A stretch of 64,000 bases of DNA. It comes from the human T2T-CHM13v2.0 reference genome, Homo sapiens. The notes under the pieces were generated by a model. The model was not told where the DNA came from. It did no database searches and was given only the letters and a program-made list of their open reading frames with translations. A program made the translations under genes and the position numbers. The stretch lies in NCBI RefSeq assembly GCF_009914755.1, contig NC_060931.1. One strand, written 5' to 3'. Every line of letters starts with the position of its first letter. Within the stretch, counting starts at the first letter, position 1. Below, in pieces: positions 13,754-27,869 of the stretch.

Positions 13754-16700
13754 TATAAAAAATTTTGAAAGTACAAAGGAAAGGAGTAAGGAGGAAAAAT
13801 GGAGACAAAATAGCCATAAAACATACAGTAAACAATTAACAAATTGGCAGTAGTAAGTCTTCCTTACCAGTAATTTCTTCACATGTAAATTAATTAAACT
13901 CCCTAATCAAAAGACAGATTGAGTTGATTAAAAATGAAAAGAAAAAAAAAACAAGATCCAACTATATGCTGTCTACAAGAAATAAACAGGAACACAACAA
14001 TGGTAAGAGACCTCAATACTCGCCTTTCAACAATGGATAGAAGAAACAGATAGAAGACCAGTAAGGAAGCAAAGGACTTGAACAGCACTATAGACCAATT
14101 GGACCTAACGGACGTATATAGAACACTCTACACAACAACAGCAGAATACATAATACATTCTTCCCAAGGGCACGTGGAATATCTTCCAAGAGAGACCATA
14201 TGATCGGCCACGAAACAAGTCTTAACAAATGTAAGAGTTTGAAATTATAGAAAATATATGTTCTGATCACAAAGGAATGAAACTAGAAATCAACAGCAGA
14301 AGGAAAACGAGAAACTTCACAATTAGTGAATATTTAAAAACAGACTCTTAAGAAACCAAAGGATCAAGGAAGATACCACAGGGAAAAATAGAGAATATCT
14401 CAAGACAAATGAAAACAAAAACGCAACATACCAAAACTTATAGGATGCAATGAGAGCAGTATTAAGAGGGAAATTCATAGAGGTGAAAACTTACATTTAA
14501 AAAGAAGATGGATCTCAAATAAACAACCTAACTTTACATCTCAAGGAACTAGAAAAAGAAGAACAAGTTAAACATGAATTAGCAGAAAGAAGGAAATGGT
14601 AATGATTAGAACAGAGATAAACACAATAATAGAAAACAATAGAAAAATCAACAAACTGAAGAGCTGGATTTTTGAAAAGATCAACAAAATTAACAGAAAC
14701 TCTTAGCTAGATTAGCTAAGAAAAAAAGAGGGAAGACTCAATTAAATCAGAAATGAAAGAGGCCCCTTACAACTGATGCCACATAAATAAAAAATATTGT
14801 AAGAGAATGTCATGAACAACGGCTATATACCAACAAATTGGGTAATCTGGAAGAAATTGAAAAATTCCTAAAAATATACAACCTACCAAGATTGAATCAT
14901 GAACAAATAATTATCTGAAAAGACCTATAACTAGTAAAAGATTGAATTAGTCATCAAAAATCTCCCAAAAAAGAAAAGCCCAGGACCAGATGGCTTTACC
15001 GGAGAATTCTACCAAGGATTTAAATAATTAACAGCAATCCTCCTCACATTCTTCTGAAAAGCTAAACAAGAGGAACACTTCCAACCTCAATGTATAAGGC
15101 CAGCATTATCCTGATACCAAGCCCAGACAAGAAAGCTACAGGAAAAGAAAACTACAGACCGATTTCCCCGATAACTGCTGATGCCAAATCCCCAACAAAA
15201 TACTAGCAAACTGTATTCCGTAGCACATTAAAGGATTATACTCCCTGACCAAGTGGGATTTACTCCTGGAATGGAAGGATGGCTCAAAATATGAACATCA
15301 ATCAAGATAATCTGCCACACTGTCATAATGAAGGACAAAAACTACACGACTGTCTCAATTGATAGAGAAAAAGGACTTGAGAAAATCCAACACCCTGTTA
15401 TGAGAAAAACTGTAACTCTGCATGGTTGCGTCCTGTTTGCACCCTGAAGTTCTCCAGACCTACTTTCCCAAAGGACCCAACAGATTCAAGCCTCATCTGC
15501 AGGAGAATCGAGTCTCTTCCATCTCCGCGGGCCTGGGCAGGTCTGTTTCCTCTCTGGGTCTGCCATTCCCTTCTGACCAGGGATAGAGATCAGCCTGGAA
15601 AGCTGTAAGCTGCACCTGCCTGAGGAACCTAGGTGTGCCCTTTCCCTGTGACCCTTCCCTGAGGGTGTTCCAAAGGCACATGGCAAGGCTGCTTCACCCC
15701 AGTCATTCACGGGACCCTGGGCCCTAGGAAGCCAGCTCCAGGCCTCTCCCTAGCATCACTGATCCAACAGGCTTGAACACACACCCTCCTTAACTTCCCT
15801 CCTTTCTCTGCATTGGAAACTAGGGGAGAGTTATTTGCCTAATTATGCACGTTGTTTAGTGCCTTTGCGCATCAACATTTAGTGTTATGCTCCTGAGAGG
15901 CCAAGTGCTTTACAGCATTTTCTTCAGTATTATATTCCATGTTAATTGCAAGCAGGCCTATTAAAGGCAGGGCTGACTTCACAAACAGCCAGCAAAAGCA
16001 CAGAGGGGCCGCACTTGGAGGCAGCAGGCCTCAGGCTCATTAAGGAGGCCCAGAAAGCTGAGGACTCCTTGCCCTTGAAAGGCCCTGTGTACAGCCAGCA
16101 TGCCGGAAAGAGCCTCGGAGCTCCGTGGATTTCAAGGCAAAAGGGAGCCAAACATGCACGGATGCCTCTTTCCTGTGCCTGGGGGTTTGTTTCTTCAGGA
16201 AATTCCAAATGGGTCTCATTCCCTGGAATTTCAATTGCACCATTGCTTAGTCACTCAACAGTCATCTGTCACTCACCAAAGCCACAGAGTGGGGCCTGAG
16301 GGTCACTGGTGTCATGGATACACTTGCTGATTTGTGACCCAAGTCAGGTCTGGATTACAAAGGGCTTTGAATGAATGACTGAGGTTTTGAGGCCAGATGA
16401 TAGAGAAAGGCAGCCATGGGGGATTTTGGAGAGAGGCCAGGGTGAGCGGTGGGAAGACCAGGCAGGAGAGTCCAAGGGCATCCGTGGAAGGGCACCTGGG
16501 GTGGAGAGGACTCGTGGTCCAGATGAGGCACCACTGAGCCGCGTTGAGAGAAGCCTGCAGATGGGAGGTCACTTGGCTGTGAGCAGATCCACGCCTGGGA
16601 GGTGGCAGAAGCCAGATGGGATACCATAAAAATCCACATTTAATTTTTCCATTGGTGTGTGCGCTTCTGGAACTCCCCACACAGCAGCCCACACAGCAGC

Positions 16701-16784
16701 TTAGGAGTGGGTCCATATTCCGACTACTTCATCTCTGGTGTAATCATGACACTCTCTGGCTACCCCAGGAGGGCATGCACCAAC

Positions 16785-16990
16785 ATGGCGCTGGGCATAA
16801 ATTTGAGACTGAGCTGCCTTAGGTTCGAGTCCAGCTCTGAGCCAGCCAGCTGTCCTCAGCAGTGCTCTGGACCCCTCTGCCCTTCAGTTCCTCATTTATA
16901 AGGTGGGAGTAATGGAAGCATATCTGAAGCGTGAAGCCGGGGCCTTGTCTGCTCTGAGCTCCCTCAGGATGTTCCAGGCATGTAATGGGG
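16785..16990 (+). mobile_element. MIR fragment
   Basis: ggttcgagtccagctctg...ctctgcccttcagttcctcatttataaggtggg matches the MIR core. Confidence 0.6.
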
Positions 16991-17181
16991 AGAGCAGAGG
17001 CTGAGACCTGAGAGCCAATCACATGTTTCCCATCAAGAAGTTTCGACACAGATTCTAAGTCTGAGGAAAAAGGCAAGACTACAGTTCAGCAACAAACTGG
17101 GGACTTCAATAACACACTTTCGTTATGAGTAGAACAAGTAGGCAAAAGATCAACAAAATGTCAGATTGGATCAGTTGGCCA

Positions 17182-18477
17182 GCATCCGCAGAGCATGAGA
17201 GCACACCACCAGCAACCGCAGAGCACTCCACCCAGCAACCGCATCCGCAGAGCACTCCACCCAGCAACCGCATCCGCAGAGCACTCCACCCAGCAACCGC
17301 ATCCGCAGAGCACTCCGCCCAGCAACCGCAGAGAACTCCACCCAGCAACCGCATCCGCAGAGCACTCCACCCAGCAGCCGCAGAGCACTCCACCCAGCAA
17401 CCGCATCCGCAGAGCACTCCACCCAGCAACCGCATCCGCAGAGCACTCCACCCAGCAACCGCATCCGCAGAGAACTCCACCCAGCAACCGCATCCGCAGA
17501 GCACTCCACCCAGCAACCGCATCTGCAGAGCACTCCACCCAGCAACCGCAGAGCACTCCACCCAGCAACCGCATCTGCAGAGCACTCCACCCAGTAACCA
17601 CATCTGCAGAGCACTCCATCCAGCAACCGCAGAGCACTCCACCCAGCAACCGCAGAGCACTCCACCCAGCAACCGCATCCGCAGAGCACTCCACCCAGCA
17701 ACCGCAGAGCACTCCACCCAGCAACCGCATCCGCAGAGCACTCCACCCAGCAACCGCATCCGCAGAGCACTCCACCCAGCAAGCGCATCCGCAGAGAACT
17801 CCACCCAGCAACCGCATCCGCAGAGCAATCCACCCAGCAACCGCATCCGCAGAGCACTCCACCCAGCAACCGCATCCGCAGAGCACTCCACCCAGCAACC
17901 GCATCCGCAGAGCACTCCACCCAGCAACCGCATCTGCAGAGCACTCCACCCAGCAACCGTATCTGCAGAGCACTCCACCCAGCAACCGCAACCGCAGAGC
18001 ACTCCACCCAGCAACCGCATCCGCAGAGAACTCCACCCAGCAACCGCATCTGCAGAGCACTCCACCCAGCAACCGCAGAGCACTCCACCCAGCAACCATA
18101 TCTGCAGAGCACTCCACCCAGCAACCGCAACCGCAGAGCACTCCACCCAGCAACCGCATCCGCAGAGAACTCCACCCAGCAACCGCATCCGCAGAGAACT
18201 CCACCCAGCAACCGCATCAGCAGAGCACTCCACCCAGCAACCGCATCTGCAGAACACTCCACCCAGCAACCGCATCCGCAGAGCACTCCACCCAGCAACC
18301 GCAGAGCACTCCACCCAGCAACCGCATCCGCAGAGCACTCCACTCAGCAACCGCATCTGCAGAGCACTCCACCCAGCAACCGCATCTGCAGAGCACTCCA
18401 CCCAGCAACTGCATCTGCAGAACACTCCACCCAGCAACCACATCCGCAGAGCACTCCACCCAGCAACCGCAGAGCAC
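17182..18477. repeat. Minisatellite of mixed 29-bp (GCATCCGCAGAGCACTCCACCCAGCAACC) and 23-bp units, ~46 copies
   Basis: Directly visible array embedded in L1 EN sequence. Confidence 0.98.
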
Positions 18478-19145
18478 ACACACTTCTCAAGTGTGCTGGA
18501 GCTTGCTCCAGGAAGAACCACATGTTGGGCCACAGAGAAAGTCTCAATAAATTTCAAAGGACTGAAATCATACAAAGTGGGCTCCATAACCACAATGGAA
18601 TTAAGTTAGAAATCAATAACAGAAGGAAATTTGAGAAATTCACCAAAATGTGTAAAATAAACAACACACTGTTATATAACCAACAGATCAAAGAAGAAAT
18701 CACAACGGAAATTAGAAAATACTTTGAGATGAAAGGCATTACAAGAAAACCACAGACCAATATCCTTAAGAATATAAATGCAAAAATCCTCCACAAAATA
18801 CTAGCAAATCAAATCCAGCAACATATAAAAAGAATTATGTGCAAAACCAGATGAGATTTATCCCAGGAACACAAGGTTGATTTGATATCCAAAAGCCAAT
18901 CAATGTAATACAGCATATTAATGGATTCATACAAAACCACTCTTAGAAGAAAACATAGGAGGAAATCCTTATGGCCTGAGTTTGGCAATGATTTCTTCAA
19001 TATGGCACCAAAAGCACAAGTGATAAAAGAAAAAAGAGATAAATGACACTTCACTAAAATTAAAAACTTCTGTGCTACAACCAATGCCATTAAGAAAGTG
19101 CAAAGATAACCCACATAAAAGGAGAAAATATTAGCAAATCTTCTA

Positions 19146-19834
19146 GAGTAATCCCCTCTTATCTGCAGGCAATACATCTCAAGGCCCCCAGTAGATGGCT
19201 GAGACCACAGAGATTACCAAACACTGTATATACTGTTTTTTCCCATATATATATACCTGTGATAAAGTTTAATTTATAAATTAGGCACAGGAAGAGATTA
19301 TCAAGGATAACTATAATAAAATTGAACAATGATAAAAATATGCCGTAATAAGACTTATGTGAATGTGACCTCTCTATCTCTCTCTCTCTCAATACCTTAT
19401 TGTACTGTACTCACCCCTCTAAATACCTTATTGTACTGTTCTCACCCCTCTTTGTTGTCATCATGTGAGATGACGGAATTGCCTCCGGGAGGAGGTGAGG
19501 TGAGGTGAGGTGAATCACGCAGGCATTGTGACATTGTCTTAGGATGCTGTTGACCTTCCGATGAATGATCGGAAGGAGGATCACCAAGCCATGATGAGCA
19601 ATGGCTGGATGTCAGGAGCAGACAGTGTAACAACTAAGGAAGGAGCAGTCTATACAGTGTGGATACACTGGACAAAGGGATGGTTCACAGCTGGGAGGGA
19701 TAGCTTGGGCTGGCGCAAGGTCTCACTGTGCTACTCAGAACAATGCACAGTTCCATGTCGTATTTTCAAGCCATGGCTGACCACAGGTAACTGAAACTGT
19801 GGAAACCAGGACACCAGGTAAATGGGACCTGCTG
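19146..19834 (-). mobile_element. MER44 (Tigger7-derived MITE)
   Basis: Termini gagtaatcccctcttatc / aaatgggacctgctg flanked by TA; the L1 sequence rejoins across it (gcaaatcttcta | tctgataaggg). Confidence 0.85.
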
Positions 19835-20246
19835 TATCTGATAAGGGACTCATATCCAGAATATGTAAGGAACACTTAAAACTCAAATAAAATAAGGGTT
19901 ATTAACCCCATTTTAAAATGGGCAAAGGATTTGAATAGGCACTTCTCAAAAGAAGATGTACGAATGGCCAGTAAGTGCAAGAAAAGATGCTCAACATCAT
20001 TAGTTATTAGGAAGAAGCAAATCAAGACCACAGGGCGATGCTACCTCATACACTAGGAGGGTGATCCTCAAAAAGACAGAAAATAGTCTTGACAAGGACT
20101 TAAGAAACAGGAACCTTCTTTGGGAAAGAAAATAGTGCAGACAAAAACAATGAAAAGGCGCTGAAAATGAGTTCAACATAGAGTGACCACATGGCCCAGC
20201 AATCCCCCACTAGGTGTGCGTCCCAGATAATTAAAACCATACATCC

Positions 20247-20711
<465 letters not shown>

Positions 20712-21089
20712 TTATAAAAAAAAAAGAAAAAGAAAAAAGAAATGAAGTGCTGACACAGGCTACAAGGTGGATGAGCCTGAAAACATTATGCGAAGTGAAA
20801 GAAGCCAGTCGCAAAAGACCACGCACTATATGTTTACATTTTGAGAAACGTGCAGAACCCATAGATACAGAAAGAGGATTTGTGGTTCTTTAGGGCTGGG
20901 GGTGGGGGCAGGGCTGGTGGCTGAGAGTAGCTAAAGGGTGTGGAGTTTCTTTTTGAGGTGGTGAAAATTTTCTAAAATTGACTGTAGTAATGGCTGTAGA
21001 ACTCTGTGAATATACTGAAAACCATTGTACACTTTAAATGGGTGAATTGCATGGTATGTGAATTATAACCCAGTAAAGCTGTTTAAAAA

Positions 21090-22025
21090 ATAGTGGGGGG
21101 CGGGTGGAGGGAATGAAGAGAAGGTGGTTAATGGGTACGAATAAACGGTTTGGTAGGAGGGGTGAGTTCTAGTGTTGATAGCACAGTGAGGGGATTATAG
21201 TTAACAACAACATACTGTATATTTTGAAATAGCGAGAAGAAAAGATTTGAAATGTTCCCAACATGAAGAAATGATAGACGTTCGAGGTGATGAACGTCCT
21301 AAATACCCCAATTCCATCATTACACATGGCATGCGCGTATCCAAATATCTCATGCACCCCATAAATATGTAAAATGTTATGCATCAATAAACAATTAAAG
21401 GTATAAGCATTGCAGAGTGTCTTCCTTCCAAATAATACAGTATGAAAAGGGAAAAAGAGCAACTTTACAGTGGAGAAAACTGGAAACCTCTGCCTCAGCC
21501 ACATCGCCGAGGTTGACATCACCGGTGACAAGTCACGCAGACAGCAAGGACGTTGGTGTGATGCTGTGGGAAGGTCACTTTCCATCCTCCCCACAACCCG
21601 TGACCCCAAACTAATCACAGGAAAAAGATCAGACAAGTCCCAAATGAGGGACATTCCACAAAATACCCAACCAGTCCTCCTCAAAACTGTCAGGATCACT
21701 AAAAATAAGGAAAGTCTGAGAATCTGTCACAGCTGCGAGGGCCCTAAGGAGACATGAGGGCCAACTGTAACATCATACTTTGGATTCTGAGGTAGAAAAT
21801 GGATATTAAGGGAAAACTGAGGGAATGTGAATAAAGTATGGACTTTAGTTCCTACTACTGTATCGACATGGGCTAATTCACTGTGACAAAGGTACAGTAT
21901 AATGTGACAGGGTAAGAGTAGGGGAACCTGGGTGTGGAGTATACAGGAACTCTGTGCTATCATCACAATTTTTCTTTATATCTAACAATGTTCTAAAATG
22001 AAGTTTATTTTAAAAATAAAAAATA
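21090..22025 (+). mobile_element. Stacked L1MA-type and L1MC/MD-type 3' end fragments
   Basis: L1 3' UTR motifs (atgttcccaacatgaagaaatgata; actttacagtggagaaa; ggaactctgtgctatcatcacaatttttc) with A-rich ends. Confidence 0.75.
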
Positions 22026-22094
22026 AAGACAGGGGTCCTTGATATCAATAAACCCCATGAAAATACATTCATTAATAATCAGGGAAGCACCTCC

Positions 22095-22820
22095 CCCAGC
22101 ACATGTGCATATGACACCCATGCACACACTCAAGCACACGTGCACATGACACCCAGGCACACACTCAACCCAAGCACATGTGCACATGCACACCTGTGCA
22201 CACACACTCAACCCAAGCATGCATGCATGTGTGCATCTGTGCCCACAGTCAACCCAAACACGTGTGCACCTTACACCCATGACACACCCAACATGAGCAC
22301 ATGCACACATGCTCAACACAAGCACGTGCACACATGCATACCCATGCACACACAATGCAAGCACATGCACTTCTGTGCACACACATGATGCAAACACATA
22401 TGCATTGCATGCCCATGCCCATGCAGTCAACCCAAACACGTGTGCACATGCACATACTCAACCTGAGCACTTGCACCCATGTACACATGTGCACACACAC
22501 TCAACCCAAGCACACATGCACATGATACCCATGCACACACACTATGCAAGCACTTCTGCACATATGTGCATGTACACATGCACTCCATCCAAGCACATGT
22601 GCACATAGACACCCATGCATGCTCAACTAGAGCACATAAGCAGATACATACATGTGCACACACACTCAACCCAGGTATGCATGCACATGCACGTCCATCT
22701 GCACACTCAACCCAAGCATGTGCACACACACACACTTGTACACACACACTCAACCCAAGCACATGTGCAGTTGCACGAATGTGCACACACAACCCAAGCA
22801 CACACTCAACCCAAGCACAG
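22095..22820. repeat. CA-rich degenerate minisatellite (cacactcaacccaagcacatgtgca)
   Basis: Recurring tcaacccaag anchor within a cacatg background. Confidence 0.9.
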
Positions 22821-24884
22821 CTCACCAGGGACAGAGGCCCAGGAACAGACTCTGACAAAACAATGAAGAGAATCCAAAAAGCAATTACACTGCCAAGTAT
22901 TACGCAAACACAATTATTGGAATTGCTAGTCGAAAACGGTTAATAGAATAATTAAGATAGATTGACCTAAAAGCTGATTTTAAATTAACCTGACATGTGC
23001 ATATACTATCTAAATAATACTCTTTCCTCTGATTTAGTCTCTCATTAAAATCAGATTTCATTGGGAGAAATTATACATTTGCACCATCATTGGGAAGAAG
23101 AAGCCATGTTCACTCACCCACTGATGAAAATAGGAGATTATTAGAGGAAGTAAAATGGGAATATATTTTCCTGGCATTCCCTGGCACAGTGTGATCTGTC
23201 CCTGTAATAAACCACCGCTTCCTCCTAGCCTGCCACTCGGGAGGTGAGGGAAGCCAGTTAAGATGGCCTCAACTAAGGACCCCAAACCACTAGTGTCTGT
23301 GTGTGTCTGTGAAGCTCGCTCACGGGGGAAGGGCCCGTGGGGTGGGCAAGAGCAAGGAAGAGAAATGAGCACTTGGAGACGCCAGGCAACCAGGAAGACC
23401 CAGAGGAAACTCGGTACGTCTGCATTGAACACGTCTTCATGGGTGAGAAAACTGCAGCCAAGGAAGGAGAGGGATTGTTTCCAGGCAAACAGCAAGCGCT
23501 GGCAGAGAGGCAGGGACAGAGGCTGTTTTCGGCATCCAGCATCTCTGTTCAGCTCATGATTCCCTGCCACACCCCAGATAAAATGAAGCCCTGTGGGGGT
23601 TTGTCTGTGCACGCGTCCAGGGCCTATCCTGGTCTGTGTGAACAGACTGGCCCTGCATCCCAGCACAGAAGCCTGGGCTGAGCACCAAAGGCCCCCAACT
23701 GCGGGAGGCAGGTCCTGGTCACTGCTCCCTCCACGGCCATGGCTCCAGTGTGCAGATCTCAGCTAGTGTCTAAAACACGAAGGCACTGGGTCACTACAGC
23801 TATGGGCCTCCTTGTTCATTGAAACCCTTGGAGTTACCTCGTTAACACTTTTTAAATGGATAGCCACTTCACATTTTTTAAGATAAAGAATTTCCCCATT
23901 AAAATTATTGAGATTCAGTAATAACACATTATTAGGGTAAGCAGGACATGTAAGATGCTACAAAATGATCTATTACTTGGAGGATTTTAAAACCCTAATG
24001 AGAAAAACGCTCACTACCATTTATTCGTTCTCTTAGCCTTCAGCACCATTAGTCTGAGGAGCAGCATAGGGCTGGGGCTGGCTGCATCCACACTCACCCC
24101 TCTGATTGCTCCAGAACCTTTTCTTCAAAGAGAAATCTCTGCACTCTGCAGGGACGGTAAGTGGCGACCCTTAGGTAGCTGAAAGCACGGGGAAAAGAGC
24201 AGGAAGAGGTAGGAACATGGAGATGGAGAACACAGGGAGCGGCACGCTCAACGCAGGTGGAGTCTGTGTCCCCTCCAGCGATAGCCAGAACCAGGACCAC
24301 CAGGGATCCGACATCACTGGCCCCATCCCGTAGGGTGGGCTGTGGGCAGGGAACAGCTGAATCGCCAGGCCACTCTCAGACCCTTGGCAGACACAAGGAA
24401 TAACAGCTGTGGCCGCCGCTGTGGCCGCAGTCCCAAAGTTTGGAGAGAAATAGCAGCAAGTAGCAGCACCACTGTCCGTCAGCTTGAGTGCTTCTCGGAC
24501 AAAGGAAGACAGTTCTCCTGTTTCCCAAAGACTTGCAAAGGCTGTGTGTTCCTCAGGCAGCTACTGCGCCATCGGCCTCTGAGTGATAAGGAAAGGAACC
24601 AGGGCTCAAACCTACTCCTGAGTGAGTCAAAGCAACTCCGCACTCCCTGCCAGCACTGAGGGTGACCCCCGAGCCCTGCTCAGGAGCTGTGGGGCCCGAG
24701 ATCTCCCCTCCGCCCCGTGGGCAGGGGAAGGGCAGCAAAGGCTCTCTGCCACGCCTGTGTTCGGGCTCCAGAACTCTTGGCCTGGTGTCTGGAAGATGGG
24801 GTTGCTGCCTTGGACAAGCCTCTCCTCCTTGCTTTTCCCTTTTTCTCACGGTGGGGTTTAAGCTAAGGTCCTATTCCTAGATCA

Positions 24885-25140
24885 CTAATAATGATAGCAG
24901 GTGCCATTTATGAACACCTACTGTATCCCAGTGCTGCTCTCAGTGCTGTACCTGTATTCTCTCATCTCATTCTCTCAAGGGCCCAGTAAGGTAGCCACTT
25001 CATTAGCCATCTTTTACTAAAGAGCAGACTAGGCACAGAGACGGTAGGTCACTTTCTGAAGGTCACACAGCGAATGCAGGTGAGAACCAGGCTGTCCACG
25101 AAGGAAGTCTGACCCCTGATTGGGCTGTAATCACTGTGCT
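24885..25140 (-). mobile_element. MIR
   Basis: Antisense MIR: catttatgaacacctactgt...actaggcacagagacggtaggtcactt...aaggtcacacagc. Confidence 0.75.
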
Positions 25141-25459
25141 GTGCAGACACCCTCTCCATCAAGACCCTTCTGTGTTGCACCCCCCACCCCCACCCCCTTC
25201 TCTACTTGGAAATGAAGTAGCTTTCAGGGGACTCTTATGAGGCTCCCGCCTCCCCAGGCTGGCCCCACACAGCCCCAAGACAGGAGCCCCCAGTGGCGCC
25301 TTGGTGGGCTTCTTGAGGGTTGCCTTAATCTTCCCCAGCCACCCACGGGAGACACCTGAGGTTTGTGGCTTGTGCCACGCGGCTCCAGGGCCTCCAGCAC
25401 CCACCTGCAGACACGGCTTCAGCCGGCCCATGCTCCTTCTGTTTCTTTCGCTAGCTTGT

Positions 25460-27860
25460 TTAGGTTTCATTCACAAACAGTAAAGCCCATTCATGTGACA
25501 GTTGTATACAGTCATGTAACATCTACCACAGTCAAGATGTGGAACATTTCATTCTCCTAAAAAGTGTTCTCCTGCCCCTTTAGATTCCCTCCTCCAGCTC
25601 CCAGCCCCAGGCAGACAGTGATCTGATTCCTGTCCCTGTAACTTTGCCTTTCCTGGAAGCTCATAGACATGGAACAGTACTCTATCTCTTCCACTTAACT
25701 TGATGATTTCAAGACTTATCCATGTCGTGTAGGCTTAATATTTTGTTCATTTTTTATTAATGGGTAGTATCTCATAATATGCATGCACCGTAGGTTACCA
25801 ACTTGCCTGTTGATGGGCATTTGGGCTGTTTGCAGTTTGGATGTATTACAAATAACATTGGTGTGAGCACTTGTGTCCACGTCTTTGTGTGGACATATGT
25901 TTTCATTTTCCTGGGGTAAATATTTAGGATTGGAATTGCTGGGTCATGTGGTAAGTGAATGTTTTACCTCTTAGATAGTGTCAGTCCATTTTCCAAAGTA
26001 TTTCCATTTAAAATTCCAACCAAATTTCATGCATTCCAATTTAAATTGTATGTAAATTCCCATTGTTCTATATCCTTGTCAACACTTAGTATTGTCAATC
26101 TTTTTAACTTTAGACTGCTTTTAATGTGTACTCCTCTGATGGCAAGTGACGTTGATCATTTTTTCATGTGCCTATGGGTCATATATCTTTTTTGTCATGT
26201 ATTTGTCCAAGTCCTTTTCAATTTTTAACTGCAGTTTTCAAATTATTGATTTATAAGATATCTTCATATATTCTGAGTACAAGCCCATTGTCAGATGTGG
26301 ATTTTGTAAAATTATTCTGCCAGTTTGTAGTCTGCTTTTGCATTCCCTTAACTCTGTTTAATTTTGAGCAACCTTTTCAATTTTGCTGAATTTGTTTTAT
26401 CATTTTTTATCATCTGTGCTTTCACATCTTGTTTCTAAAAAATGTTTATTCTAGCCCAAGTCATAAAAATTCTTCTGTATGTTTTCTTCTAGAACTTTAA
26501 AAGTTCTAATAATTTTCAGTCCATGATCCATCTCAAGATAATTTTGCATGTGGTGGGAGGTAAGGCTTGAAGGTTATTTTGTTTTTCCATGTAGATATCA
26601 ACTTATCCTGGCACCATTTATTGAAACAGCTAGTTCTGAAAGAATTAAATTTTTACCTTTACCAGCAATCAAGGGACTACATAAATGTGGGTCTTTCTGA
26701 CTTCCCCTTCGGCTCAGTTGGCCTCTGTGTCTTTCCTGATGCCAAAACCACACTGTCGTGATTACCATACCTGTATAGTAATTTTTGAAATCAAGTAGCG
26801 TGGGCCCCACAACCTTGTTCTTATTTTTCAAAGTTGTTTCTGGATATTTTAACCCTTTTGTCTTTCCATGTAAATCTTAGCATCAGCTGTCTCATTTCTT
26901 CAAAAGGACCATAAGTGGCACGGTAGTATATTGATGAGCAAAGACATACAATCGATTTTTCTATGAAAGTTAAATGCTGCAACTTGGCTAAACTAATTTT
27001 ATTTGTACTAATAGTTTGGTTTTTATGGTGGTAAAATTCACATATTATAAAATTCACTATTTTCACAATTTTGAAGTGCACAATTCAGTGGCATCCAGTG
27101 CGTTCACCACGTTGTCGGCCCCAGGACATTCGCATCACCACGAAAGGAGACACCACATCAATCGAGGTGTCACTCTCTGTTCCTCCCTTCCCCCAGCTCC
27201 TGTCACCACTAACCTGCGTTCTGCCTCTTTAGATCTGCCCATTTCGTATAACTGGAATCATATAACATGCGGCCCTTTGTGTCCGTCTTCTTTCACTCAT
27301 CATGTTTTCAGTTTCAAGGTTCATCCATATTGTGGCATGTTAGGGCTTCATTCCTGTTTGTGGTTGATGAGTAGACCACGCTTTCTCAGTGCCTATGCTA
27401 GTTGTTTGTAAGTTTCTTAAGATACTTCCTCATACATGATTCATGATATCTGCATAAAGAGGCAGTTCTTCTTCTCCCTTTCCAGTGTTTATGCTTTAAC
27501 TTTAATGTCATTTAAAGCTACCTGTGTCTCTGTTCTTCAAGTGCAATTTTGGAAGACAGCATGTGTGTGGGTCTTGTTTTCATATCTATTCTGACAACCT
27601 CTGCGTTTTACCTGAAATCTTTGGTCCACTCATATTTAAATAAGTATTGACATGGTTATGTCTGGGTCTGTAATTTTATGCCTCGCTCTCTATACATACC
27701 CTCCAGTTCCCCCCTTTGTTTCTCATTTCTTAACTTTTTTTAGGGTTACGTGAATATTTACTGATTGATTTTTCTCCTCATTATATTTTGTGAATATACG
27801 TGAATATTTATTGATTGATCTTTCTCCTTATTAAGCTTTTTCAGCATGGTATCACCTCAG
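25460..27860 (-). mobile_element. Antisense old L1M block, with a nested L1 3' fragment at ~27015-27380
   Basis: ggattggaattgctgggtcatgtggtaag and gcaccatttattgaaa are L1 antisense motifs. Confidence 0.8.
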
Positions 27861-27869
27861 TAGTAGAGC

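Noticed and set aside
17106-18609. 347-495 aa ORFs resembling mucin-like or Cys-rich keratin-associated proteins
   Set aside because: Entirely explained by a stop-free 23/29-bp minisatellite inside an L1; not called as CDS.
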